From positions 112,595 to 176,594 of the forward strand of contig JADKIH010000007.1 of the NCBI GenBank assembly GCA_016721305.1: a DNA stretch of 64,000 nucleotides, given 5' to 3'. Origin of the DNA: Bacteroidota bacterium. GTDB lineage: Bacteria > Bacteroidota > Bacteroidia > AKYH767-A > 2013-40CM-41-45. Below, piece by piece: positions 50,065 to 62,087 of the stretch. How positions within the stretch are numbered: the stretch's first letter is position 1; each line of letters opens with the position of its first letter. The translations under genes and the position numbers were made by a program. The notes beneath the pieces are model-generated. The model was not told the DNA's origin and ran no database searches. It worked only from the letters and a program-made list of their open reading frames with translations.

Positions 50065-52676
50065 TTAAACCTCTACCGTTTTCCTGATATTCTTAAAAAC
50101 GAATTCGTTTTTACTATTTATGTCCAATTCGATGTGATCTTCCTTGTTAATCGAACCGGCCAGAATTTGCTTCGATAATTCATTCAAAACACGTTTTTGC
50201 ATGACGCGTTTCAATGGGCGGGCACCGAATTGCGGATCAAATCCGAGCTGTGACAACCATTCAATGGCTTTTTCACTTGCTGTGATTTGAATTTCATTTT
50301 GGCCTAAGAGCTCCTGAAGTTTTGTGAATTGAATTCTCACGATATCTTCAACTTCATCGCGTGTCAGCGGTTGGAACATGATCACTTCATCAATGCGATT
50401 CAAAAACTCCGGACGAATCGTCTTCTTCAGCAAATCAAACACCTTCGTTTTGCTCCGTGCAATCACTTCTTCCTTATTCAGCTCATTCATTTCTTCAAAA
50501 CTTTCCTGAATGAGGTGAGAACCGATATTGGAAGTCATGACGATGATTGTGTTCTTGAAATTAGCCGTACGTCCTTTGTTGTCCGTTAAGCGACCATCAT
50601 CCAATACCTGCAATAAGATGTTGAATACATCCGGATGTGCTTTTTCAATCTCATCGAGCAAAATTACAGAGTAGGGACGACGTCGAACCGCTTCGGTAAG
50701 CTGTCCGCCTTCATCGTAGCCTACGTAACCGGGAGGTGCACCTACGAGTCGAGATACTGCATGGCGCTCCTGATATTCGCTCATATCGATGCGAGTCATC
50801 GCACTTTCGTCGTTGAATAAAAACTCAGCCAGTGCTTTTGCCAATTCGGTTTTTCCGACACCTGTTGTTCCAAGAAAGATGAAAGAACCGATTGGTTTTT
50901 TCATATCCTGTAAGCCTGCACGACTGCGACGAACAGCATCACTCAACGCTTCAATGGCTTCGTTCTGTCCGATGACACGCTTGTGCAATTCTTCTTCCAG
51001 ATGGAGTAATTTCTCCGTTCACTTTGAAGCATCCGTTGCACCGGAATGCCGGTCCAGCGAGCAACTACTTCTGCAATATCTTCCGAATCGACTTCTTCTT
51101 TAATCAAAGCCTTATCGGTTTGCATACTTGCCAGTTGTTTTTCGAGCTTGTGTAATTGCTCTTCGGCTTCAACGACGCGTCCATAGCGGATTTCGGCAAC
51201 CTTTCCATAATCACCGCTGCGTTCAGCCTGCTCAGCTTCAATCTTGAGCATTTCTACTTTTTCTTTATTGGATTGAATGCCTTGAACAACGGCCTTTTCA
51301 GATTCCCAACGAGCTTTGATTTGATTTCGTTCTTCATTCAGATTTGCAAGTGTCTCATTCAACTCCTGCAATTTTTTCTGATCCTTTTCGCGCTTGATCG
51401 CTTCACGTTCGATTTCAATCTGCATAATGCGACGATTTAATTCATCCAGCTCTTCCGGAACTGAATCAATTTCCAATCGCAACTTAGAAGCTGCTTCGTC
51501 CATTAGGTCAATAGCTTTATCCGGGAGGAATCGATCGGAGATGTAACGCTCGCTTAATTCAACGGCGGCAATAATTGCTTCGTCTTTGATACGAACTTTG
51601 TGATGTGTTTCATAACGTTCTTTCAGCCCGCGTAGAATTGAGATGGCATCTTCCGCAGATGGCTCTTCTACCATGACTTTCTGAAAACGACGTTCGAGTG
51701 CTTTATCTTTTTCTACATACTTCTGGTATTCGGCAAGTGTAGTAGCACCGATAGCTCTTAATTCGCCACGTGCAAGAGCAGGCTTGAGAATGTTCGCAGC
51801 ATCCATAGCACCTTCACCGCCACCGGCTCCAACGAGCGTATGTATTTCATCGATGAAGAGAACGATATTCCCTTCGGCGCTGATTACTTCTTTCACAACG
51901 GCTTTTAATCGTTCTTCGAACTCACCTTTATATTTCGCACCGGCGATGAGTGAACCCATGTCGAGCGAGAAAATTTGTTTCGTTTTTAAATTCTCCGGAA
52001 CGTCGCCATTGATAATACGATGGGCGAGTCCTTCGGCAATAGCTGTCTTTCCAACACCGGGTTCACCGATTAATATCGGATTATTTTTGGTACGACGAGA
52101 TAAAATCTGAAGCACACGTCGAATTTCTTCATCGCGACCAATAACAGGATCAAGCTTACCCTGACGGGCGAGCTCATTCAGATTCTTTGCGTACTTGTTT
52201 AATGAATTGTACGTCTCTTCAGCGCTGGCGCTCGTCACTTTCGAACCCTTTCGTAATTCGGAGATGGCAGCCTTTGCATCCTTTTCATTCAGTCCTTCGC
52301 CCTTCAGCATTTCGCTTACTTTATCGCGAATACTAAACATGGCAAGAAATAAATGTTCGAGTGAAACAAACTCGTCACCTAAACCTTTTGCAAGAGCAAT
52401 TGATTTTTGAATAAGCTTGTTCGATTCGTCAGACAAATAAATCCGTCCGCCCTGAACTTTCGGAAGAGAGTCGATAATCTTCAGTGTGGCTGTTTGGATT
52501 TTATCCGGACTCACATTGCTTTTCTTAAGAATGAAAGGCAACACGTTTTCATCAACTTCGAATATTCCTTTGAGTATATGAGCAGGTTCAATCGATTGCT
52601 GTCCGTTACTCTCGGCCAGTTGTTGAGCAGACTGTATGGCTTCCTGCGATTTGATGGTGAAATTGTTCAGATTCAT
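50065..52676 (-). CDS. clpB: ATP-dependent chaperone ClpB (1-bp deletion in a G3 run near 50960)
   Basis: Two ORFs with both AAA+ modules ([18 protein letters not shown]) and a coiled-coil M domain. Restoring one G gives the continuous ...[24 protein letters not shown]. Confidence 0.9.
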
Positions 52677-52880
52677 AATAGGAGATTTTGTGATCCCGCT
52701 CGCTCAAAGAGACTGCCAGACCAATAAAGGGTAAAAGTAAGGGGCAAAATGGCATTTTCACTAAAAATTGAGCGCCAATCTGGCCGAGAAAATTGAGTTT
52801 TTCACCCAAAATGGCCGAAAAAAAACCTGAGCTTACGGGCTCAGGTATTATAAACTAACCGGAAATGGAAACTACTTTTT

Positions 52881-52910
52881 GATTAGCGGATATGCTGATT
52901 AGCTAATTAT
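52881..52910. repeat. (AGCTRATT) unit cluster overlapping the 3' end of the small T9SS gene
   Basis: Direct read: gattagcggatatgctgattagctaattat. Confidence 0.6.
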
Positions 52911-53272
52911 AAGGCGGCGGGTAAATCGTTTGCCTGAAATATTTAATTCGACTATATAAATTCCTTCGTTTAAAAATTCCCGGTCGAGAGATTCGCTGTA
53001 AGTACCGCTCCTTGAACCGGAAGGTGAATGTCCTTTACAATCTTTCCTGTGATTTCATACACACGGATTCTGGTATCGCTATTTGCGGAGATGTGATAGA
53101 TAAGATTGATGCTATTTTCACTTTTTGAATAGTACGCTGATGTGAACTCATCAGCAGGAAGTATTTCGGAAGTATTTATTGTTGTCTGTTCGGTTGTTGT
53201 CTGAATTGCCTTCGATTCAAGTGAAGCAAATAAGACAAAGAACAGAACGCAGATTGTGTAGATTGTTTTCAT
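52899..53272 (-). CDS. small secreted protein consisting of a signal peptide plus a T9SS C-terminal domain (1-bp deletion near 53000)
   Basis: N-terminal MKTIYTICVLFFVLFASLES. After frame correction the tail reads ...GTYSESLDREFLNEGIYIVELNISGKRFTRRLIIS. Confidence 0.5.
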
Positions 53273-53509
53273 TTGAATAGGGGTTAGACTTAATTACAGG
53301 CTTGAATGTAATTTTCGTGCCAAAAAATCTAGGAAGTGGAAAATAACATTGGAAGTATCCCTCAAAAATACTTTACGGCAAATGGACCAAAAAGAGGCTG
53401 ATTTGAGTATATTTATAATCCTTTTCTTTATATGGAAAGTCTTTCACCCTAAATCTATGAGCTTCATATAGAATATATGTAGTGTAGAGTTTTACTTAGC
53501 CTGGACCAG

Positions 53510-54153
53510 TATGATAAAAGAATCAATTGTAGCCTATGCAAGAAACAAGACAAACGCATCGATGCATACATCGCAAAGAGTGCTGACTTTGCAAACAGCC
53601 AATTCTGACGCACATCAGAAAGCTAGTTCACAAAAGTTGTCCAAAAGTCGAGGAGACAATTAAGTGGGGATTTCCAAACTTCGTATACGAAGGTGCAATT
53701 CTTTGTTTTATGGCTTCATTTAAAAAGCACTGTTCATTTGGTTTCTGGAAAAGGTTCGTTGATGACAGAACTATCGGAAACCATAAATGAAAAAGCGAAA
53801 CAGCCATGGGTAATTTCGGAAAACTCACTTCCGTTAAAGATCTTCCGTCTGATAAAAAAATGGCCGGCTACATAAAGTCAGCCATGAAATTAAACGAAGA
53901 AGGAGTGAAATTACCAAACAGAGCACCGGTAAAAAAAGGAAGCAAAGAAATAGTCGTTCCCGATTACATTCTTAAAGCTCTTTCCAAAAACAAAAAAGCC
54001 CAAGCCACCTTCGAAGCTTTTGGTTACAGTCACAAAAAAGAATACGTCCAGTGGATCGAAGAAGCCAAAACTGAGCCGACACGCAACAAACGAATTGCGA
54101 CGATGATGGAATGGTTGAAGGAGGGGAAGGGGAGGAATTGGAAGTACTCCTAA
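53510..54153 (+). CDS. DUF1801 + YdeI/OmpD-associated family protein (3 or more frameshifts)
   Basis: Across three frames the pieces read KRIDAYIAKSADF / AKQPILTHIRKLVHKSCPKVEETIKWGFPNFVYEGAILCFMASFKKHCSFGFWKGSLM / ...YILKALSKNKKAQATFEAF. Confidence 0.5.
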
Positions 54154-54155
54154 AC

Positions 54156-54280
54156 GATTAGCTGATTTGATGATTTGCTGATTAGCTAATGTCATACAAA
54201 AGTGCAGTCACCCGCATAAAAAGTAATAATGTAAGTTTGACCCTGACGGCCCCATCAGCTAATTAGCTAATTAGCTAATT
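54156..54280. repeat. Inverted pair of (AGCTRATT)n arrays with a ~65-bp spacer between the convergent YdeI-like and NlpC/P60 genes
   Basis: Left arm cgattagctgatttgatgatttgctgattagctaatg; right arm catcagctaattagctaattagctaatt. Confidence 0.75.
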
Positions 54281-55008
54281 CGGCGAATGAGGCGCAAATT
54301 GTGCGAGTACCCCTTCGCCGCCTCATTGTAAATCCCCTGATGGTCGAGGATATCGATGCGCACCTGACCACTGGCATGGATGATACGGTTGCCGGGTAGA
54401 ATAATACCGACGTGAATAATCTTTCCCTCTTTATTATCGAAGAATGCTAAATCGCCGGGCTTTGCTTCCTGGAAGAGATGAACATCTTCACCTTGTTCTG
54501 CTTGTTGATTTGCATCACGTTTCAATTTGTAACCGCAGAGCTTAAAAACAACTTGCGTAAATCCTGAACAATCGATTCCAAAAGGAGAACGGCCGCCCCA
54601 GAGATAAGGTGAGTTGAGGTACATGTGAGCATACGAAGAAATTTTATCAGGGAAAGTCTGACTTACAATCTGCGTATTTCCTTCGTAAGAATATTCACGT
54701 CCGCCGAAAGAGACTTTTCGCTCATGAAAAAAGGGTAGAGTGCTACCCATTACGATCGAAGTTAACAATCCGCCGGAAAGAGCAATTTGAATCAGGTCGG
54801 TTGACACAACCATCGGTTGCGCCATTAAAGTCTGAGCTTCTTCGTCGGAAATTGGCTGGACCTGTTTTTGATCGATCCAGCCGGTATAGTCATCAAAGAG
54901 CTGGCGCGAGGAACCAGCCCTTTTTTTTATCCAATATTTCAACCGCTTCGCCAAACAAAAGCTCGAGGTAATTTCACTGATCAGAATCCTCTTTTCGCAG
55001 AGGATCAT
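54271..55008 (-). CDS. C40 family peptidase (NlpC/P60). The N-terminus is likely frameshifted at a T8 run near 54925
   Basis: Catalytic YLWGGRSPFGIDCSGF and HVGII motifs. Confidence 0.75.
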   Translation of the reverse strand: MILCEKRILISEITSSFCLAKRLKYWIKKRAGSSRQLFDDYTGWIDQKQVQPISDEEAQTLMAQPMVVSTDLIQIALSGGLLTSIVMGSTLPFFHERKVSFGGREYSYEGNTQIVSQTFPDKISSYAHMYLNSPYLWGGRSPFGIDCSGFTQVVFKLCGYKLKRDANQQAEQGEDVHLFQEAKPGDLAFFDNKEGKIIHVGIILPGNRIIHASGQVRIDILDHQGIYNEAAKGYSHNLRLIRRIS

Positions 55009-55040
55009 GCTTAGATGGCAAATGTGACATCAATTCTAAA

Positions 55041-56217
55041 TTAAACGAGTTCAACAACTACAGCACTAGCACCCCACCACCATTACAGATTCCGGCAGCA
55101 CCCAACTTAGCACCTTTTGCTTTAATACGTTCAAAAGGGTTACAATGATACGTGCACCTGAACATCCGAGTGGGTGACCTAAAGAAACGGCTCCACCATA
55201 AACGTTCACTCGCGCAGGGTCAAGCTTCATAAGTTGGTTATTGGCAATTGAAACAACAGAGAATGCCTCATTGATCTCAAAATACTCGATAGCTTCCATC
55301 TTCACACCGGCTCTTTCAGCTGCACGAGGAATTGCTTTCGATGGAGAAGTCGTGAACCATTCAGGCGCTTGTTGAGCATCGGCATAACCACGCAGAATTG
55401 CCAAAGGCTTAATGCCTAATTTGTCGGCTTTCTCTTTGCTCATCAAAACAACTGCAGCAGCGCCATCATTCAATTTTGATGCATTTGCAGCAGTTACTGT
55501 TCCGTCTTTCACAAACGCAGGCTTGAGTGTAGGAACTTTATCAGCTCTTAAGTTTTTATACTCTTCGTCTTCACTCACAACGATCGGATCTTTTCCTCTT
55601 ACCGGAACAGAAATAGGAGCAATCTCTTCTTTGAAAGCACCTGCCGCATACGCTTCTTTCGAACGACGATACGACTCCAATGCAAAAGCATCCTGATCTT
55701 CGCGGGAAATTTTACACTCTGTAGCACAAAGCTCAGCAGCATTTCCCATGTGATAATCTTTGTAAACGTCCCAAAGTCCGTCCTTCACCAATCCGTCTGT
55801 AATTGAGCCGTGACCGAGTTTGTAACCATTACGTGCTTTGTCGAGATAATAAGGAACATTACTCATGCTTTCCATACCGCCTGCAACAACGCAATCGTTA
55901 TGACCTAGCTGAATTGATTCAGCAGCCAGCATAATGGCCTTCATTCCTGATGCACAAACTTTATTCACCGTAGTTCCGGGAACTGTATTCGGGATACCTG
56001 CCCAGATTGAAGCCTGAGTAACGGGAGCCTGACCAACACCGGCAGAAAGTACATTACCCATGTACACTTCCTGAACTTCTTTCGGGTCCAATTTTATTTT
56101 CTCGAGCGCCGCTTTAATAGCATGAGCACCCAATTGAGTTGCTGTAAAAGAGGAAAGTGAACCACCGAAACTTCCAATAGGAGTGCGGGTTGCTGATACG
56201 ATATAGACTTCTTTCAT
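55041..56217 (-). CDS. acetyl-CoA C-acetyltransferase (thiolase II), with a 1-bp deletion in an A4 run near 55110
   Basis: VCASGMKAIMLAA active-site Cys. The correct C-terminus ...[30 protein letters not shown] is recovered by restoring one A. Confidence 0.85.
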
Positions 56218-56435
56218 AAGAGTGGATTTCTTGATTTTGGTGTGCAAATGTAGCACTAAATTCTGAATAGGAATTGGCCTTCATCACTCTTTGAATACAG
56301 AATATAAACAAGGAAACACTTTCTTTTCCAAGCACTTAATACCTCAAGGAATGTTCATGGATAGTTTCATAACTCTGTTAGCTACACTAGTATAGAAAGG
56401 AGGTAAAATTGTAATTTGCCGTCATTATCCATTTC

Positions 56436-58528
56436 ATGAAGAAGTATTTCATCCGCCTTTCAAATCAGCACGAGAATATCACCCGATACCTTTTGGTATT
56501 GCTTACGGTGGTCCTTATCGTCGTGGCCCTCCCGAAGGAGACGCAGTTCAATTACACGTATCAGAAAGGCAAACCTGGGCTTACGAAAATCTCCTGGCTC
56601 CGTTTGATTTTGCCATTGCAAAAACCGAATCGGAATTGAATGAGGAGAAAACTTCGGTGATGAAAAACGCTCATCCGTTTTATCGATTCGACGATAAAAT
56701 GGTGGATCAGAAAATTTACCTCTTCAAAAATGAACTGAACGATGTTTGGACAAAGCGCTTTAAGAATACATCGCAATCACTGAAAGAGCAGGAGCAACAC
56801 GATAAACTCAAGCATGCTCAGGAGACCATAGGCATTCAGGTTCTGAAAATGGTCTACGAACGGGGAATCATTCTCATCAACGATCAGTCGATGGAGAACA
56901 ATCCGGATGGCATCATCACCGTCGTTCGTGAAAACATAGCGGAAGAACAAAGTCTCAAAGATTACTATACAATTCAATCGGCTTTTGCCTTCATTCAATC
57001 GCAACTCGATAATATTTCATCGGCCGATGTGAATCTTCTTTCGCCATTACTGGAAAACTCGCTTGCTCATAATTTGCTATACGACGATCAGGCGACTAGG
57101 GTGTGGACAAAGCTTTTGCTCGATAAGATTTCACTTTCACACGGACTTGTTCAAAAAGACGAGACCGTCATCCTCAAAGGAGAAATTGTCGATGATATCC
57201 GATTCCAAAAGTTAGAATCGCTCAAGCTGGAAATGAAAAACCAGGAATTCAGCAGTAGCTCTCGGTGGTTGATGTTCCTGGGACATTTCATTTTGGTCGG
57301 ATTGGCGATCACCATGCTGATTGTTTTCCTGTATATGTTCCGCCGACATATATACGACGACAACGGCCGTATGCTCTTACTGATGTTGCTGATTCTTTTG
57401 GTAACATACATGTTCTTATGGGCAAGGAAGATCAACATCTTCGATATGTATCTGGTTCCGGTATGTATTCTGCCGATTATCGTTAGGGCATTTTATGATA
57501 CGAGAACAGCTTTATTCACACATATCATCACACTGCTGATTATCGGATTCGACGCACCGAGTGGATTCGAGTTTATGTTCATTCAAACCATCGCCGGAAT
57601 GGTATCGATTTTCAGTATCCTGAATATGAGCCGCCGTGTACAATTCTTCATTTCCGTGATGATGATCTTCGCCTCATATGCCATCTCGTTTATCGGCGTA
57701 TCCATCATTCATGAAGCCAATTTCAGAAGCATCGACTGGATGAATCTGAAATGGTTCCTGGGAAATTCAATCATCACGCTATTTGCATTCCCACTGATTT
57801 TCATTTTCGAAAAAGCATTCGGCTTCCTGAGCGATGTAAGCTTAATGGAACTTTCCGATTCCAACTCGCCATTGATGCGTGAATTGTCGACAAAAACTCC
57901 GGGTACTTTCCAACATAGTTTGCAGGTAGCGAATCTCGCCGAAGCTGCCATTTTCCGAATAGGAGGGAATCGCCTGTTGATTCGTGCCGGCGCCATGTAT
58001 CACGATATCGGGAAGATCGATATGCCGATGTACTTTATCGAAAATCAGAATACGCAGAGCAATCCTCACGACGATCTTTCATTTGAAGAGAGTGCAAAAA
58101 TCATCAAGAGTCACGTCATCCGCGGAATAGAAAAAGCCCGAAAGCATAATATTCCGGAGCAGATCATCGACTTCATACGTACGCATCACGGTACAATTCG
58201 CCTGCAGTATTTTTATCAGTCATTCCTGAAGAATTTCCCGGAGCAGGTTCCCGATGAAGACCTATTCCGTTATCCCGGACCCTTACCATTTTCACGCGAA
58301 ACCGCTGTTCTGATGATGGCCGATTCTGTAGAGGCTGCTTCCAGAAGTCTGAAAAATGCCGATGCCGAATCGATCTCCAATCTGGTCGATTACATCATCG
58401 ACAATCAGATCGAGCAAAATCAGTTTGAGAATGCGCCAATTACCTTGAAGGATATCAGCGAAATCCGCAAATTATTTAAGAAAATGCTCATGAGTATCTA
58501 CCATGTGCGGATAGAATACCCTCATTAA
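56436..58528 (+). CDS. 7TM-receptor HDIG-domain metal-dependent phosphohydrolase (frameshift near 56600-56640)
   Basis: N-terminal TM, a large extracytoplasmic domain, a 7TM block and an HD motif (AMYHDIGK). Confidence 0.7.
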
Positions 58529-58537
58529 ATCGTATCT

Positions 58538-59299
58538 TTGCCCGACTTTTTGAGACCCGTGCGATACTTCCTCCGAATAGCCTTTAATGGCACTCCTTTC
58601 CATGGCTGGCAAATCCAGCAAAACGCAGATTCCGTTCAGGCACATATCAATTATGCCCTTGGAACACTTTTGCGCTCTGAAGTGGTGACTATCGGTTGCG
58701 GACGTACGGATACAGGCGTGCATGCAAGTCGTTTCTATTTGCATTTTGAAACGGAGAAGGAGATCGAAAGTAGTCCTTTCCTGCATCAACTGAATTCTAT
58801 TCTTCCGCCTGCCATTGCAGCTTATGCAATTTTCAAAGTAGGAGAAACCGATCACGCACGTTTCAGCGCGACACAGAGAACATACCATTACCATATTTAT
58901 CAGCAGAAAAATCCATTCATCGGCGATCAGGCCTGGTTCTATCCGCATCCCTTGAATTTGGAAAAGATGAATTCGCTTGCTCCGCATTTGAAGGCACATA
59001 CCGACTTTTCCTGTTTCAGCAAATCCAATACGCAGACATTTACAAACAATTGTAAAATCTTCGATGCAGAATGGACGAAGACCGAAACCGGACTTGTGTT
59101 CCGAATCACTGCTGATCGTTTCTTACGAAATATGGTGAGAGCTATTGTCGGAACATGTATCGAAGCCGGCACAGGAAAATTATCGGAAAGCGATTTTCAA
59201 AAAATCCTTGAAAGCAAAAACAGAAGTGAAGCAGGAGCGTCGGTTCCGGCTCACGGATTATTTCTTACCGACATAAAATATCCTTTTAACACAATTTAG
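58538..59299 (+). CDS. truA: tRNA pseudouridine(38-40) synthase
   Basis: RYFLRIAFNGTPFHGWQ...GCGRTDTGVHA with catalytic Asp. Confidence 0.85.
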   Translation: MPDFLRPVRYFLRIAFNGTPFHGWQIQQNADSVQAHINYALGTLLRSEVVTIGCGRTDTGVHASRFYLHFETEKEIESSPFLHQLNSILPPAIAAYAIFKVGETDHARFSATQRTYHYHIYQQKNPFIGDQAWFYPHPLNLEKMNSLAPHLKAHTDFSCFSKSNTQTFTNNCKIFDAEWTKTETGLVFRITADRFLRNMVRAIVGTCIEAGTGKLSESDFQKILESKNRSEAGASVPAHGLFLTDIKYPFNTI

Positions 59300-59301
59300 A
59301 A

Positions 59302-61108
59302 ATGGCGAAAGATTCCGTTAGCGGGCGTGCGTTTGATATGAGGATTCTTCGTCGGATCTATGCCTTTACGCGACCATACAGATCTCGATTCATTCTGAGC
59401 GTTGTACTTACGCTCTTACTTGCTTTTATTTCGCCTGTTCGTCCAATATTAATTCAATATACGATCGATCATTATATCCTAAAGCTCGATGAACATGGCT
59501 TGATGAATATGATGATTCTGATGGTCGTCTTGCTTTTAATTCAGACTGCGATTCAGTACTTACACACGTATATCACAAACTGGCTCGGGCAGATCGTCAT
59601 CCGCGATTTGCGTGTAAAGTTGTTCCGACACATTGCAAATTTACGCCTGAAATATTTCGATCATACACCGATCGGAACGCTAGTTACCCGAACCATCAGT
59701 GACTTGGAAACCATTGCCGATATTTTCAGCGAAGGTTTGATTGTGATCATTGGAGACTTACTACAGCTTTTCGTCATCATTGCCGTCATGTTTTTCAAGG
59801 ACTGGCGATTAACACTCATCAGCTTGAGTACAATGCCAATCTTGCTGGTAGCGACACGAATTTTCCAATACGGAATCAACAAAACTTTCCGTGAAGTCAG
59901 AACTCAGGTTGCTGCCTTGAACACTTTTGTTCAGGAGCATATTACGGGAATGAATATCGTGCAGATCTTTAATCGTGAAGAAGAAGAAATGAAGCGCTTC
60001 AAATCGATTAACAAAGAGCATATGAAAGCGAATATTCGCTCGGTATGGTATTATTCGATTTTCTTTCCTGTTGTCGAGTTGCTCTCAGCCACATCTATCG
60101 GACTACTCGTTTGGTGGGGATCAGCAGGCGTCATCACGCATGATGTTTCATTGGGAAATGTCATTGCCTTCATCATGTTCATCAACATGCTCTTTCGTCC
60201 GATCCGGGAATTGGCCGATAAGTTCAATACGCTTCAGATGGGAATGGTAAGCAGCGAGCGGGTTTTCAAAGTGCTGGATACGCAGGAATTCATTGCCGAT
60301 AAAGGAACGATCCCAAGACAAATCACCGGCAATATTCGATTTGAGAATGTCTGGTTTGCCTATAATGAAAGTCCGAAAACTGAAAACGGCGAGCCGGAAT
60401 GGGTTATCCGCGATCTCAGCTTCGAAATTAAAGCAGGGGAGACGCTGGCATTGATCGGCGCTACCGGTGCAGGAAAATCGTCGGTGATCAATCTCGTCGG
60501 CCGTTTATACGAATTCCAAAAAGGGAATATCTACATCGACGACATAAACATCCGAGATTACAAGCTCGACGATCTCCGTAAACAGATTGCCGTAGTTTTG
60601 CAGGACGTCTTTCTTTTTTCAGATTCCGTCATAAATAACATTACACTGAAAGATCATGCATTTCAGGAAGCAGGTGATGGAAGCCGCCGAAGCGGTCGGT
60701 GCCGACGAATTCATCAACAAGCTTCCCGGTAAGTACGATTTCAATGTGATGGAAAGAGGAGCGATGCTTTCTGTAGGACAGCGACAGTTGTTGTCATTTA
60801 TCCGAGCCTATGTTTTCAAACCGTCGATTCTGGTTTTAGACGAAGCCACTTCCTCGATTGACAGTGAATCGGAAGAAGTTAATTCAGGAGGCAACCGCAC
60901 GAAGCTGACATCGAACCGAACTCAATCGTCATTGCCCACCGACTGGCAACTATTCAGAACGCTAATAAAATCATTGTCATGTCGCACGGCAAAAAGGCCG
61001 AAGAAGGGAATCATCAGGAATTATTGACGACAAAACGGGCTTTACAAGCAGCTGTATGAGTTGCAGTTTAGCGGAGCGGCAGGTACTAAGGTTAGGGATA
61101 AATTTTAA
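59302..61108 (+). CDS. ABC transporter permease/ATP-binding protein, MsbA-like exporter (2 or more frameshifts in the NBD region)
   Basis: 6-TM domain, Walker [10 protein letters not shown], signature LSVGQRQLL, Walker [10 protein letters not shown] and a C-terminus [11 protein letters not shown] found across three frames. Confidence 0.75.
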
Positions 61109-61220
61109 GAACTTTAGTGCTTTCCAATTACGATCTACCAATAACCTATAACATCTTTAACCTTTATTTAACGCTTATATTTAATAAAAAGTAATTCATT
61201 TGACATAACAAACCAACACA

Positions 61221-61999
61221 ATGAAAAACAAAGCCCTACTTAATTCTTGCCTTAATCTTCTCGGTTAACGGTAAAAGCACAATCAGTTGACGAAATTGTA
61301 ACTCACCACATCGATGCAATGGGTGGTGCTAAAAACTGACAAGTTTGAATTCGGTTATCATGCAAGGTTCAATAGAAGTGAGCCCCGGTATGAAAGCTCC
61401 TTTCTCTATGAAAATTAAAGATCAGAAAAAAGTACGTTTTGAACTTGAAATTCAGGGAATGAAAATGATCACTGCCTGCGATGGAGAAAGTGGTTGGAAA
61501 ATCGTTCCATTTGCAGGCAAAACAGATCCTGAGCGTATGTCGGCGGAGGAAATTAAAGATTCAAAAGAACAGGCTGATGTTACAGGTGATCTTATTCAAC
61601 TATAAAGAAAAAGGTTCAACTGTTGAGTTAGTCGACAAAGAAGATATGGAAGGAACAGAAGTTTACAAACTTAAAATCACCAAAAAATCAGGTGATGTGA
61701 GTTATGTATTTCTTGATGCATCTTCTTATATCATGCTTAAACAAACAAACGTTATCAAAATGGCCGACAAAGAAGTTCGTACAACAACGATAATGTCTAA
61801 TTTCCAGGATGTCGAAGGCTATAAATTTCCTTTTACCATTGAAGTTCGTGGTGGTGATGGAGAAGAGCAAGGTCAGGCGATGGCTATTGAAAAAGTTTTG
61901 GTCAATCCTGTTATTGCCGATTCTGAATATGCAATGCCTGAAGTTAAACCTGCTGCACCTGCAACGCAGGAGCACCTGAGAAAAAATAAGAAGAGCTAA
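61221..61999 (+). CDS. LolA-like outer-membrane lipoprotein-sorting family protein (2 or more frameshifts)
   Basis: Pieces in three frames, about 250 aa when joined. Confidence 0.45.
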
Positions 62000-62087
62000 G
62001 ATTCCAGTCCCGAAAACATACTAATTTATCGAGTACGTTTTCGGGATTTTTTATACCCAATCTTTTTTGAATGACAAAAAACAACAC

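Noticed and set aside
50943-50990. Programmed ribosomal frameshifting at the clpB and other gene breaks
   Set aside because: The breaks are simple 1-bp losses in short homopolymers without slippery heptamer plus pseudoknot context. They occur in about 15 unrelated genes, so sequencing error is more parsimonious.
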